Both the position numbers and the translations under genes were made by a program. A stretch of 64,000 nucleotides of DNA from Lactobacillaceae bacterium (GTDB lineage: Bacteria; Bacillota; Bacilli; Lactobacillales; Lactobacillaceae). This document shows, in pieces, positions 38,758-48,097 of the stretch. Where the stretch lies: NCBI GenBank assembly GCA_031289015.1, contig JAITQG010000072.1, positions 6,846 to 70,845 on the forward strand, in the 5' to 3' direction. Position 1 is the first letter of the stretch. Every line of letters starts with the position of its first letter. The notes under the pieces were generated by a model that was not told the DNA's origin, searched no databases, and saw only the letters and a list, made by a program, of their open reading frames with translations.

Positions 38758-39061
38758 GTAAATTAGCCTCCAATTCTGCTTTCGTATACCGCGTTGGTAA
38801 CACCAGTTCTACATCGGTTACATCGGTCATGACATCTTCAATTTGATTTTGATAATCTTTAACCACAATATTGAGTTCTACTTTATCACCAAACTGTTGT
38901 TTTACTGCAACAATGTTATCACGTGACCTAAAATAGGCATTAATGAATCTTTCTTTAGGTACAAACCTACCCTCGTTCTTCTCGCGAATTTGGGTGAAAT
39001 CCCAAGCCACATATGGATCTTGGTAGACGTAATAAATCGTTACTTCATAACCACGATTCTG
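38750..39061 (-). pseudogene. 5'-truncated zeta-toxin-family (P-loop kinase) gene, C-terminal half only
   Basis: In-frame RGYEVTIYYVYQDPYVAWDFTQIREKNEGRFVPKERFINAY preceded by a TAG stop; no Walker A or start codon. Confidence 0.7.
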
Positions 39062-39268
39062 CTAAGATTTAAATACTATTATAACACTACTCAGCTCACT
39101 CTCCCCTGCTAACCAGATATCACCAATAATGAGAAAACACTGAAATCGGGACTTATCTTCAAAAAATGGGCTCTATTGAAACATGCTGAAAACACAAAAA
39201 ACCAGCAAACTTGAATGTCAGGCAATAAATGGCCATTCATTCAATTTCACTGGTTTTCATAATTAAGA

Positions 39269-39352
39269 TGCCGTCGGTGGGGGTCGAACCCACACGCCCT
39301 TGCGGGCACGGGATTTTGAGTCCCGCGCGTCTGCCAATTCCGCCACAACGGC
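39269..39352 (-). tRNA. tRNA-Leu(CAA), copy 1
   Basis: GCCGTTGTGGCGGAATTGGCAGACGCGCGGGACT-CAA-AATCCCG, long variable arm, GTTCGA. Confidence 0.96.
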
Positions 39353-39399
39353 ATGATTACAATATGATAATTAGAAGCTCACAGAGGCTAGCTCTGCGA

Positions 39400-39483
39400 T
39401 GCCGTCGGTGGGGGTCGAACCCACACGCCCTTGCGGGCACGGGATTTTGAGTCCCGCGCGTCTGCCAATTCCGCCACAACGGC
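39400..39483 (-). tRNA. tRNA-Leu(CAA), copy 2 (identical)
   Basis: Same sequence as copy 1. Confidence 0.96.
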
Positions 39484-39530
39484 AAAAATATCATATTGTA
39501 ATCAAAAATATATAATGAGATAAATCTCTA

Positions 39531-39606
39531 GGGCGGACGAAGGGACTCGAACCCTCGCGTGCCGGAACCACAAACCGGTGTGTTAACCAACTTCACCACG
39601 ACCGCC
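39531..39606 (-). tRNA. tRNA-His(GTG)
   Basis: G-1, anticodon arm CCGGT-TT-GTG-GT-TCCGG, C73. Confidence 0.94.
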
Positions 39607-39617
39607 ATTATATAAAG

Positions 39618-39688
39618 CAGGGATAGAGGGAATCGAACCCCCGCTAACGGTTTTGGAGACCGTTGTACTACCGCTATACTATATCCCT
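39618..39688 (-). tRNA. tRNA-Trp(CCA)
   Basis: Anticodon arm ACGGT-CT-CCA-AA-ACCGT. Confidence 0.95.
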
Positions 39689-39727
39689 ATAGATGAAACA
39701 TGTAAGATTTAATTGTAAATATTACAA

Positions 39728-39800
39728 TGGCGCGGGAGGGAATCGAACCCCCGACACTACGAGCTTCAATCGTATGCTCTACCAACTGAGCTACCGAGCC
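39728..39800 (-). tRNA. tRNA-Phe(GAA)
   Basis: GGCTCGGTAGCTCAGTTGGTAGAGC; anticodon GAA. Confidence 0.95.
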
Positions 39801-39805
39801 ATAAA

Positions 39806-39879
39806 CGGTCACAACGGGGCTCGAACCCGTGATCTCCTGCGTGACAGGCAGGCGTCCTAACCAACTAGACCATGCGACC
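39806..39879 (-). tRNA. tRNA-Asp(GTC)
   Basis: Anticodon arm CCTGC-CT-GTC-AC-GCAGG. Confidence 0.95.
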
Positions 39880-39881
39880 AA

Positions 39882-39954
39882 TGGACGTTACAGGGATCGA
39901 ACCTGTGACCCCCTGCTTGTAAGGCAGGTGCTCTCCCAGCTGAGCTAAACGTCC
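39882..39954 (-). tRNA. tRNA-Val(TAC)
   Basis: Anticodon arm CCTGC-CT-TAC-AA-GCAGG. Confidence 0.95.
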
Positions 39955-40003
39955 ATGGGATATTGTGTGTTTCGTTAAATACAACGTCACAACAACAGAA
40001 TTT

Positions 40004-40032
40004 ATTATACAGAATCCTATTCAACAATGCAA
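40004..40032 (-). promoter_or_regulatory. Sigma-A promoter of the Val-Asp-Phe-Trp-His-Leu-Leu tRNA operon
   Basis: TTGCAT-17-TATAAT. Confidence 0.8.
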
Positions 40033-40112
40033 GCCCCTAAATTGACTTAATCACTGTTTAAATATTATACCACGTTCCATATTTCACGCATGTTTCACGT
40101 TGCCTAGAAGTG

Positions 40113-40141
40113 TTGCCTAGCCTACTTGTTTCCCGTATAAT
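40113..40141 (+). promoter_or_regulatory. Sigma-A promoter of tRNA-Cys
   Basis: TTGCCT-17-TATAAT. Confidence 0.7.
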
Positions 40142-40165
40142 AAAATATTGTTGCGATGCAATTCT

Positions 40166-40236
40166 GGTAGTGTAGCCAAGTGGTAAGGCATTGGTCTGCA
40201 AAACCATGATCGCCGGTTCGACTCCGGTCACTACCT
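40166..40236 (+). tRNA. tRNA-Cys(GCA)
   Basis: GGTAGTG/CACTACC acceptor; anticodon GCA. Confidence 0.94.
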
Positions 40237-40248
40237 CTCAAACATCGT

Positions 40249-40287
40249 AAAAACCCGAAACCTCATTATTGAAGTTTCGGGTTTTTT
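40249..40287. terminator. Bidirectional terminator between tRNA-Cys and the glycosyltransferases
   Basis: AAAAACCCGAAAC..GTTTCGGGTTTTTT. Confidence 0.8.
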
Positions 40288-40293
40288 AATTGT

Positions 40294-41820
40294 CTATTTT
40301 AAAGCAGTTTGCCAATTGGCATACATGGCATCCCCACTAAAGCTTTGGGTCCGCGCATAGGCAGCTGTGCTAAAGGCGTTCCATTGTTCGTCATTTTGCA
40401 ACAATTCAACAATGCGTTCGGCAGCTTTATTAGCTGAAGCGGATGGTACAACATACCCATCAACACCCTCAGTCACCAAATCACGTGCACCATAATTGAT
40501 GTCGTAGCTGATGGCTGGCACTCCGTGAGCAAAGCCTTCCACTAAGTTCATACCAAAGCCTTCACCTAATGAGACTTGCAATAAGACTTGGGCGTTGTCG
40601 AGGACTTCACCAACGCGCGCGTAATTACCATATTCATTGAAGATGACTTTGTCTTGCAACCCAGCGTCTTCAGCTTGTTTCTTTAAATTAGGCAAGATTT
40701 CAGTGTTGGCAGCATAACCAATGAATTCAAGCGTTGCATCTGGTACTTGCTTAACAACCTCAGCCAAAACTTTAATGGCATCTTCTGGGCGCTTTTCAGG
40801 GCTTAAACGGCCCACAAAGGCCAATCGGTTCTTGACCCGTTGTTCTAAGCCAACTGGCGCAGCGGCCAACGTAGCGTCATTCACGTACGTATCAGGCGCT
40901 ACCCGAACCGTTGCCTTAGGGAAGCGGACCGTCAAATCCGTGCGTTGCCCTTGCGTTGGCACCAAAATGCCGTCGAAGTTTTGCACCTTTTCAATCAATG
41001 CGACCTTATATGAATCATACAAGGCACCCTTTTGTGGCTTTGACACATCTGGGGTATGAATATCATGCAAATATGCAAACTTAGCCTTGGCACCAATGAT
41101 TTCAGCCACAATCAAATCAACTGAGCGGCGATCTGAAACAAAGGTTGACCCTTGATTGTCGTTAGCTAAGATATTCAAAAAGTACAAGAACAATTCGTTT
41201 TCAGATTGGAAACGCAAATTCACGCCACGGAAATTCAGTAACTTCCACATTGTTGGATAGCGCTTACCCTTCACGTTCATGTGCACGATTTCAATTACTG
41301 GCGCCCCAGCTTGATTCAAAAATTGTTGGACGGCTAATGTGCCATCTGGATTAAAGAAATCAATTGATGACTTAAAGCCCCGCCAATCATAATTTTCCCG
41401 TGAAAGCGTGTTACCGGCACGATCATAGTACAAAATTTCATTAACCAACCCAATTGTGGCGGGCATGACATTGATGCGGGCAATTTCGCGACCGGCATGG
41501 TTAAGCGTTGAATAGTTCGCACCGTGCCCGATGATATGGTATTCGTCCAATGGAATTTGGTCAAGCAAGCGCAATGATTGTTCCTTGCGCTCAACATTGG
41601 TCGTGCCTTGGAAGAAATCGTACATATTCAAGACATCACTAGCCGTCAAATCAAGGCCTTGGCGATCCCGATCTAAGAAACGGTTATAATTGCGCGTGAC
41701 ATAGACCGCTGAATTGGGTTGTTTTTCATTAAATAAGCGCACACGTTTGGCTTGTGAGTGCTCAGTTCCTGAATTAAACGCAAAAATATTTTCACTGACA
41801 AAATAATTCATTTCACTCAC
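40294..41820 (-). CDS. GT4 glycosyltransferase, TagE/GtfA-like
   Basis: SGTEHSQAKR N-terminal motif, FVGRLSPEK, EGFGMNLVE (EX7E). Confidence 0.88.
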   Translation of the reverse strand: MSEMNYFVSENIFAFNSGTEHSQAKRVRLFNEKQPNSAVYVTRNYNRFLDRDRQGLDLTASDVLNMYDFFQGTTNVERKEQSLRLLDQIPLDEYHIIGHGANYSTLNHAGREIARINVMPATIGLVNEILYYDRAGNTLSRENYDWRGFKSSIDFFNPDGTLAVQQFLNQAGAPVIEIVHMNVKGKRYPTMWKLLNFRGVNLRFQSENELFLYFLNILANDNQGSTFVSDRRSVDLIVAEIIGAKAKFAYLHDIHTPDVSKPQKGALYDSYKVALIEKVQNFDGILVPTQGQRTDLTVRFPKATVRVAPDTYVNDATLAAAPVGLEQRVKNRLAFVGRLSPEKRPEDAIKVLAEVVKQVPDATLEFIGYAANTEILPNLKKQAEDAGLQDKVIFNEYGNYARVGEVLDNAQVLLQVSLGEGFGMNLVEGFAHGVPAISYDINYGARDLVTEGVDGYVVPSASANKAAERIVELLQNDEQWNAFSTAAYARTQSFSGDAMYANWQTALK

Positions 41821-41823
41821 CTC

Positions 41824-43428
41824 CTATTTAGTGTGTTCGTTTGCAGGCATGGCCGCCAATTTTTCTGGCCACACTGCCTCGGCATCGGCAAGTAATTCTT
41901 GCCACGCAGCCCACACGTTAGCAGCTGAGTAGCGTTCTGATGACTCATACGCGCCAGTTGAATACCGTTGAGCTAAGGCAGGGTCGCGCAACACCTTGAG
42001 CATTGCGTCGGCTAAGGCTTGGTAATCCTCATAAGCCACAACATTTCCATTGATGTCGTCTTGGACAATTTCATTTGGTCCGTAATTCACGTCATAACTA
42101 AATGAAATCAAACCGTGTGAGATGGCTTCCATGATAGCCAGGTTGAACCCTTCCATGCGTGAAGTCAAACCGTAAAACATGGCTGAATTTTCCACGGCGT
42201 CAATATCCGTCGTGTAACCCTTCATCTGCACGGCATCCCCAAGGTCGTATTCTTTAATCGCCTTTTCAACTTCAGTCCGCGCCTTGTAATTGTCAGTTGG
42301 ATCGGCATAACCATACAAATCCAAGCTAACTTCAGGAAATTCTTGGTGCACGATTCCCACCGCACGTACCAAATCATCCAAGTGCTTTTCCCAAGCGATA
42401 CGGGCAAAGGCAATCACCTTACCGAATTCACGCTTTGCAACTGGAACGCGTGGTGCATCCAACAATTTATCAGGCACAACCCCAACCGGAATGGTAAACG
42501 TCCGTGTCTTAGGTGCAAAGCGGGCGTTCACGTCATCAGTTTGCTTGTGCGTAGCTGACACAATTGCATCGTATTGATCAAAGGCGTTAACCCCGAACTC
42601 ATAGTGATTGTTCAAGATTGAGTGCATTGGATCTTGGGCATCCCCAGTGTGTGAATTGTGCAGATGAAAGACCGTATAAGCCGGCTTCTTCATGTGCACA
42701 AAGCCCCAGTCACCCAAGTGTGAACGATCCAACACAAAGACATTGGGATGTTCATTTGACCAGAAATCATCGTTCAAGCGGTCATAAAAATGCAAGGTCA
42801 ATTCTTCAATCGTGTCAAATTGCATGACCTTGCCATCTGGTTCCGTCAACCGCCAACCCGTCTTGATCAAATCGTCCTTGTGATCCATCGTGTGCTTATT
42901 GTACGTTTCCAAGACCACTTGGCCATCAAGCGTAATCCAAGTTTCCGTCCCGATTTTATTGTCTGGCGTATACCATTGCAACAATGACGCAAACCCACGT
43001 GAATCGTAATGGTCAACCCGGTACAAATTGCCAAAGCCGTCAAACAATTCAGTTGAGCGCACCCGCTTATCATCGCTAGCATCATAATTAACCCGCGCTA
43101 CGATATTACCGTTTTGATCATTGACGATGTAGCGGCTTTGCTTAGCTTCTTCTTCGATTTTAGTATTGAGCACGCCAAAATCGATGTCGGCCGCATGTAA
43201 TTTCTTGGCTGGGACATCGATAGTGCCTTGGAAATAGTCAAACATGTTAATTAATTGGGCATCAGAAATTCCGGCCGCATTCGCGTTGACGTGCGCCATT
43301 GGATCCCATTCACGCAACACAATCCGTGAATCAACATGATTTTGGTTAAACAAATCAAACCGCTTCAATTGCGCATGTTCGATTCCTGACTTGTGATCAG
43401 GCATTGTTGCGTTAACAAAAAAATTCAT
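41824..43428 (-). CDS. GT4 glycosyltransferase, TagE/GtfA-like
   Basis: SGIEHAQLKR, ARIAWEKH, EGFNLAIME (EX7E). Confidence 0.88.
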   Translation of the reverse strand: MNFFVNATMPDHKSGIEHAQLKRFDLFNQNHVDSRIVLREWDPMAHVNANAAGISDAQLINMFDYFQGTIDVPAKKLHAADIDFGVLNTKIEEEAKQSRYIVNDQNGNIVARVNYDASDDKRVRSTELFDGFGNLYRVDHYDSRGFASLLQWYTPDNKIGTETWITLDGQVVLETYNKHTMDHKDDLIKTGWRLTEPDGKVMQFDTIEELTLHFYDRLNDDFWSNEHPNVFVLDRSHLGDWGFVHMKKPAYTVFHLHNSHTGDAQDPMHSILNNHYEFGVNAFDQYDAIVSATHKQTDDVNARFAPKTRTFTIPVGVVPDKLLDAPRVPVAKREFGKVIAFARIAWEKHLDDLVRAVGIVHQEFPEVSLDLYGYADPTDNYKARTEVEKAIKEYDLGDAVQMKGYTTDIDAVENSAMFYGLTSRMEGFNLAIMEAISHGLISFSYDVNYGPNEIVQDDINGNVVAYEDYQALADAMLKVLRDPALAQRYSTGAYESSERYSAANVWAAWQELLADAEAVWPEKLAAMPANEHTK

Positions 43429-43464
43429 TTTGTGTCTCCATTCATCGTCTGTTGGTAAGTTAGC

Positions 43465-44334
43465 CTATTCAAACTGGGCCCAGAGTTTAATCAAAGCTTG
43501 CGTCCCAGCATTATTCATGTCAAATCCATCAGCTAACTTAGTATACAACGCTTCGGCCAAATCGGTCGTTGGTAAGGCCAAATCGAGTTTATTAGCTTCA
43601 TCCAACGCAATGCGCAAATCCTTTAAGAAATGCTTGATATAAAAGCCCGGCGCGTAATCACCCTTTAGAATGCGAGGGCCATAATTGTCCATTGACCAAT
43701 TCTGTGCACCACCAGCTGACAAAGTATGCATCACATCTTCAACATTGAGACCCGCTGCCTTGGCATAAACAAAACTCTCCGACAAGCCTAGCATCGTCGC
43801 AGCAATCATAATTTGATTGGCCATCTTAGTGTGTTGACCTTTACCAGCAGGCCCAAACAGATGGAGAGCCTTACTGATTGATTCAAAAATCGGCGTCAAG
43901 GTGGCAAACGCTTCTGCATCGCCACCAGCCATGATCGTTAGCGTCCCGTTTTTAGCACCAACATCCCCACCAGAAACAGGCGCATCTAAGACTTTAACCC
44001 CTAATTCAGCCCCGTCTTTGGCCAGTTTTTCGGCCAATGTCGGCGTTGAAGTCGTCATATCCACCAAAATTTGCTCGGCGTGAGCACCAGCAAACAAACC
44101 AGTGTCACCATAATAAATTTCTTCGACGTCTTGTGGATAGCCGACCATCGTCAAAACGATCTCAACTTGTTGTGCAATTGCACGTGGTGAGTCAGCCCAT
44201 GTGGCCCCGTTGTCCAACACCGCTTGAGCATGTGCTTTAGTTCGATTGTAAACAACTACTTCATAGTCGGCCTTGAGCAAGTTATTCACAATCCCACGAC
44301 CCATTACACCAGTGCCAATAAACCCAATTTTCAT
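43465..44334 (-). CDS. NAD(P)-dependent beta-hydroxyacid dehydrogenase (3-hydroxyisobutyrate dehydrogenase / YkwC family)
   Basis: GFIGTGVMG, DAPVSGGDVGA, KMANQI. Confidence 0.92.
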   Translation of the reverse strand: MKIGFIGTGVMGRGIVNNLLKADYEVVVYNRTKAHAQAVLDNGATWADSPRAIAQQVEIVLTMVGYPQDVEEIYYGDTGLFAGAHAEQILVDMTTSTPTLAEKLAKDGAELGVKVLDAPVSGGDVGAKNGTLTIMAGGDAEAFATLTPIFESISKALHLFGPAGKGQHTKMANQIMIAATMLGLSESFVYAKAAGLNVEDVMHTLSAGGAQNWSMDNYGPRILKGDYAPGFYIKHFLKDLRIALDEANKLDLALPTTDLAEALYTKLADGFDMNNAGTQALIKLWAQFE

Positions 44335-44447
44335 TTTGCTGCACCTCTTTTATTTTTTGTCATTATTACTAATTATTATATCAATAAACATACTAAAAAA
44401 AACGAGAAAAGCCTCGTCTTTTATTGTTTTATTAGGGTTTTTACGCC

Positions 44448-46052
44448 TTAAGTGAGCCAAGCCAACCATACAAAGCCGGTTATACCCAGTAATACACCAT
44501 AAATTACGGCGGGTAGAATCGTTTTGCGTAAGATCGCGCCTTCATTCCCACCAAGGCCGACAACCGCACTGGCCGCCACAATATTATGCACACAAATCAT
44601 ATTCCCAGCAGCTGCCCCAATCACTTGGGCCGCTAAAATGACATTTACATTCAGATGCGCATGTTTTGCGACGTCAAATTGAATTGGCGAGAAAGTCAAT
44701 GTCGAAACCGTGGCGCTTCCAGTGATAAAGGCGCCTAATTCACCCAAGAATGGTGCGATAAACACCCACACGCCTGCCGTATATTGTGAAATCGTTTCGG
44801 CAATATAGGTCGGCATACTAGCTAGTTGCGCGGTATTGAAGCCGGAATTGCTAAACACTTGGACCATAATCAGCGTCACACATAAAGTGAAGCCGGTCAC
44901 GCCCATGCCACTGCCGACTGATTTGGCAGCTTTAGCAAACGGTTTAATCGAACGCACTTGAATTAATAGCCCCAATAGCGCCGCCACCGTTAAAATTGTG
45001 CCCGGTGAATACAAAAATTGCCAATCTGAGCTAATTGTCTTGAGCCCCAAAATATGCGTCCATGATAAATCGACATAGGTTGTTAAAAACGCTTTAAGTG
45101 GTGCAACTGTCCGTGATAACAACAATAAAATCACGACCAATAAGTATGGTGCCCAAGCCGTCAAAAGTGACATCGACGTTTTTGGTGTTTTGCCGGTTTT
45201 TTCAACCTTCAAGGCCGCTCGCCAAGGGTTTTCACGCACCGTTTTGGGCAACAAAAAGTTAAATTTGATGGTCACCATCGCGACTACCAACATCACTAAG
45301 GGCGTCAAAATCGAAGTGAATTCATAACCAACCAAGTTCACTGATGCAATCGCAACTAGGCTGTACAACACCCCAATAAACAAAGCCCACGGTGCCATTT
45401 CAAGTAAATCGCGCCCTTTGTTTTTACTCTCTGCATCGCCAAAAAAGCGCGTCAACATAAAGATGAGGATTAGGGGCATAAAGGTACCAGCCGTCAAATC
45501 CAAGGCCACCACGGTTTGCCCAATGTGGTTAATAAAGTCCGGCCCAGTTGCCACGTTACTCAAACCAACCGTCAGTGGTGTGCCCACCGCACCAAATGAG
45601 GCAGTCGTTGAGTCTGACACTAAGGCAATCGTGACGGCGGCCATCGGATTAAAGCCCAACGCAATCATCAACGGTGCCGTAACCATCGCAGGCGTCCCAA
45701 AGCCTGAAACGCCTTCAATCAAGCCACCAAACAAATAGGCAATGACGATGATTAAAATTCTAACGTCGGACGTGAGTGCTTGAAAGCCTTCATTAATCCG
45801 TTGAATCGCCCCCGTATAGCGCAAAACTTCCAGCATCATAAGCGCACCAAACAGAATCCACAAGATCGGGATTGTCTTGTGAATCCCTTGTAAAATCGAG
45901 GCACCTAGCACAATCGGTTTAACATGCCAGATGAAATACGCGGCCACTAAGACAACCGCCGAACTAATTGCCATCCCTTTGGCAGCTGGCAGATTCATAA
46001 AGGCCAGTAAAATCAGTGGCAAAATAACCGCCAGCAACGCAATAATTATCAT
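44448..46052 (-). CDS. lctP: L-lactate permease
   Basis: IEGVSGFGTP, FGAVGTP, GSATVS, AGNMIC motifs. Confidence 0.9.
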   Translation of the reverse strand: MIIIALLAVILPLILLAFMNLPAAKGMAISSAVVLVAAYFIWHVKPIVLGASILQGIHKTIPILWILFGALMMLEVLRYTGAIQRINEGFQALTSDVRILIIVIAYLFGGLIEGVSGFGTPAMVTAPLMIALGFNPMAAVTIALVSDSTTASFGAVGTPLTVGLSNVATGPDFINHIGQTVVALDLTAGTFMPLILIFMLTRFFGDAESKNKGRDLLEMAPWALFIGVLYSLVAIASVNLVGYEFTSILTPLVMLVVAMVTIKFNFLLPKTVRENPWRAALKVEKTGKTPKTSMSLLTAWAPYLLVVILLLLSRTVAPLKAFLTTYVDLSWTHILGLKTISSDWQFLYSPGTILTVAALLGLLIQVRSIKPFAKAAKSVGSGMGVTGFTLCVTLIMVQVFSNSGFNTAQLASMPTYIAETISQYTAGVWVFIAPFLGELGAFITGSATVSTLTFSPIQFDVAKHAHLNVNVILAAQVIGAAAGNMICVHNIVAASAVVGLGGNEGAILRKTILPAVIYGVLLGITGFVWLAWLT

Positions 46053-46202
46053 AAATCCCCCTTTAAATTTCGCTTGTTTTAATCATTATAACAGTAAGCT
46101 TGGCATGGATAATGTTTCTAATGAAAATAATTTGTGAATCCCAAATTTGTACGGTAAACTGTGAAGTAACAGGTAACCTCTCGTCAATACAAAGGAGTAA
46201 TC

Positions 46203-47156
46203 ATGGAACAAATTAATTTAGGTGGCACTGGTTTAATGGTTTCAGATATCGCATTGGGCGTAATGCGCATCAATGAAAAATCAGCGTCTGAAGCCCAAGC
46301 AATCGTTGAAAAAGCCGTTGAAAAGCAGATTAATTTCTTTGATACTGCTGATATCTATGCGTCTGGTAAGTCTTCAACTATCTTGGGGCAAGCCTTAAAA
46401 GACGCCAAGATCGACCGTGAAAGCATTTACGTGCAATCAAAGGGCGGCATCATCTTACCAGATGGTCAAATCAATGGTGATGGCTTGCGTGGCCCACGGT
46501 ATGATTTTTCAAAAGACCATCTCATCGCTAGTGTTGATATCGAGTTGCAACGTTTGCAAACTGATTATTTGGACACATTCTTGTTGCACCGACCAGATAC
46601 ATTGCTCGACCCAGAACAAATTGCCCAAGCCTTTAGTGAATTGCACGCTGCTGGGAAAGTTAAACATTTTGGTGTTTCTAATATGAACCCCTGGCAAGTT
46701 GAATTAGTTCAAGCGGCTACCGATCAAAAATTAGTCGCCAACCAATTACAATTTGGCGTTATGCATACTGGCATGATTGATGCTGATTTGCACGTCAATA
46801 TGACTGATGATCGGTCATTTGATCATGATGGTGGTATCTTGGCCTATTCACGTCTGAAGCACATGACCATCCAAGCTTGGTCGCCATTCCAATACGGCTT
46901 CTTTGATGGACCTTTCATTGACAATCCCGACTTCCCAGGGATTAATGCCACTTTGCAGACGTTAGCGGATAAATATGGCGTAACTAAAAACGCTGTGGCA
47001 ACCGCCTTTGTCACTAAGCATCCAGCTAAAATGCAAATTGTCTTGGGCAGCATGAGTTTGCAACGCTTAGATGAAATGACGGAAGCTAGCAAGGTCACTT
47101 TGACTAATCAAGAATGGTATGACATTTACTTGGCAGCCGGTAATGATTTGCCATAA
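46203..47156 (+). CDS. Aldo/keto reductase (YcsN-like)
   Basis: FFDTADIY, QSKGGI, FLLHRPD, GVSN, QAWSPFQ. Confidence 0.92.
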   Translation: MEQINLGGTGLMVSDIALGVMRINEKSASEAQAIVEKAVEKQINFFDTADIYASGKSSTILGQALKDAKIDRESIYVQSKGGIILPDGQINGDGLRGPRYDFSKDHLIASVDIELQRLQTDYLDTFLLHRPDTLLDPEQIAQAFSELHAAGKVKHFGVSNMNPWQVELVQAATDQKLVANQLQFGVMHTGMIDADLHVNMTDDRSFDHDGGILAYSRLKHMTIQAWSPFQYGFFDGPFIDNPDFPGINATLQTLADKYGVTKNAVATAFVTKHPAKMQIVLGSMSLQRLDEMTEASKVTLTNQEWYDIYLAAGNDLP

Positions 47157-47169
47157 ATTTAACCAACTC

Positions 47170-47208
47170 AAAAGAGGTACTCAGCCATTTTAGCTAGGTA
47201 CCTCTTTT
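47170..47208. terminator. Bidirectional terminator
   Basis: AAAAGAGGTAC..GTACCTCTTTT between convergent genes. Confidence 0.8.
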
Positions 47209-47213
47209 AATGT

Positions 47214-48092
47214 TTAACCAAAGATTTCTTGCATCAAGCGCTTACCAGTCGGAGTTGCTGCCAACCCACCTTCTGCGGTTTCGCGGAAGGCACTCGGCAA
47301 AGCTCGGCCAACTTGATACATACAGTTGACGACTTCATCTGGTGGAATAATACTTTTAATCCCGGCCAAAACCATGTCGGCACTCATCAAAGCCTGTGAA
47401 GCTCCCATGGCGTTCCGCTTGACACAGGGTACTTCAACTAACCCAGCGACCGGATCACAAATCAAGCCCAACATGTTTTTCAAGACAATCGCGACGGCTT
47501 GCGTGGCATCTTCAGGCGAACCACCCTTGGCTTGGACCAGGGCAGCTGAAGCCATGGCACTAGCTGAGCCAACTTCGGCTTGACAACCACCTTCTGCTCC
47601 GGCAATCGAAGCGTTGTTGGCAATCACCATGCCGATTGCCCCTGCGACAAACAAAAACTTAACTTGGTCTTCGTGACTCAAATCTAATTGCCCGCGCACA
47701 GCCGTTAAGACCGCCGCTAAACACCCCGCTGAACCAGCAGTTGGGGTCGCACAAATCAAGCCCATCCGTGCATTAACTTCATTGACGGCAATCGCATTTC
47801 GAACCGCGGTCAAAACGGTTTCGCCACAAAAGAAGTCACCTTTTTCAATGTAGGCATTCATCCGTGGTGCATCCCCACCGGTCAAACCAGTCCGTGAATG
47901 TACTCCGGCAACTCCTTCGGCTACCGAATGTTCCATCGTGCGCAAATTTTCTTCCATTTGCGCCCAAATTTCCGTGCGTGACCGATTCGTCGTTTCCATT
48001 TCCGTTGCAATCATCAATTCCGCAATATCCCCACCAAAATTGGCAGTGGCTTGGGCGGCTAATTCTTCCAAATTATAAAACATTCCACTCAC
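47214..48092 (-). CDS. sdaAA: L-serine dehydratase, alpha subunit (Fe-S)
   Basis: ICATPTAGSAG, GGCQAEVG, GLICDPVAGLVEVPCVKRN. Confidence 0.96.
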   Translation of the reverse strand: MSGMFYNLEELAAQATANFGGDIAELMIATEMETTNRSRTEIWAQMEENLRTMEHSVAEGVAGVHSRTGLTGGDAPRMNAYIEKGDFFCGETVLTAVRNAIAVNEVNARMGLICATPTAGSAGCLAAVLTAVRGQLDLSHEDQVKFLFVAGAIGMVIANNASIAGAEGGCQAEVGSASAMASAALVQAKGGSPEDATQAVAIVLKNMLGLICDPVAGLVEVPCVKRNAMGASQALMSADMVLAGIKSIIPPDEVVNCMYQVGRALPSAFRETAEGGLAATPTGKRLMQEIFG

Positions 48093-48097
48093 CTCGT

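Larger units (their letters stand above)
38434..39262. mobile_element. Decayed integrative-element remnant at 3' end of tRNA cluster
   Basis: Imperfect ~67-bp direct repeats at 38434-38499 and 39196-39262 (about 4 differences); AT-rich interior with truncated zeta-like gene. Confidence 0.65.

Noticed and set aside
38750-39061. Functional zeta toxin-antitoxin system
   Set aside because: The zeta gene lacks its N-terminal half, Walker A and start codon, and no upstream antitoxin is present.
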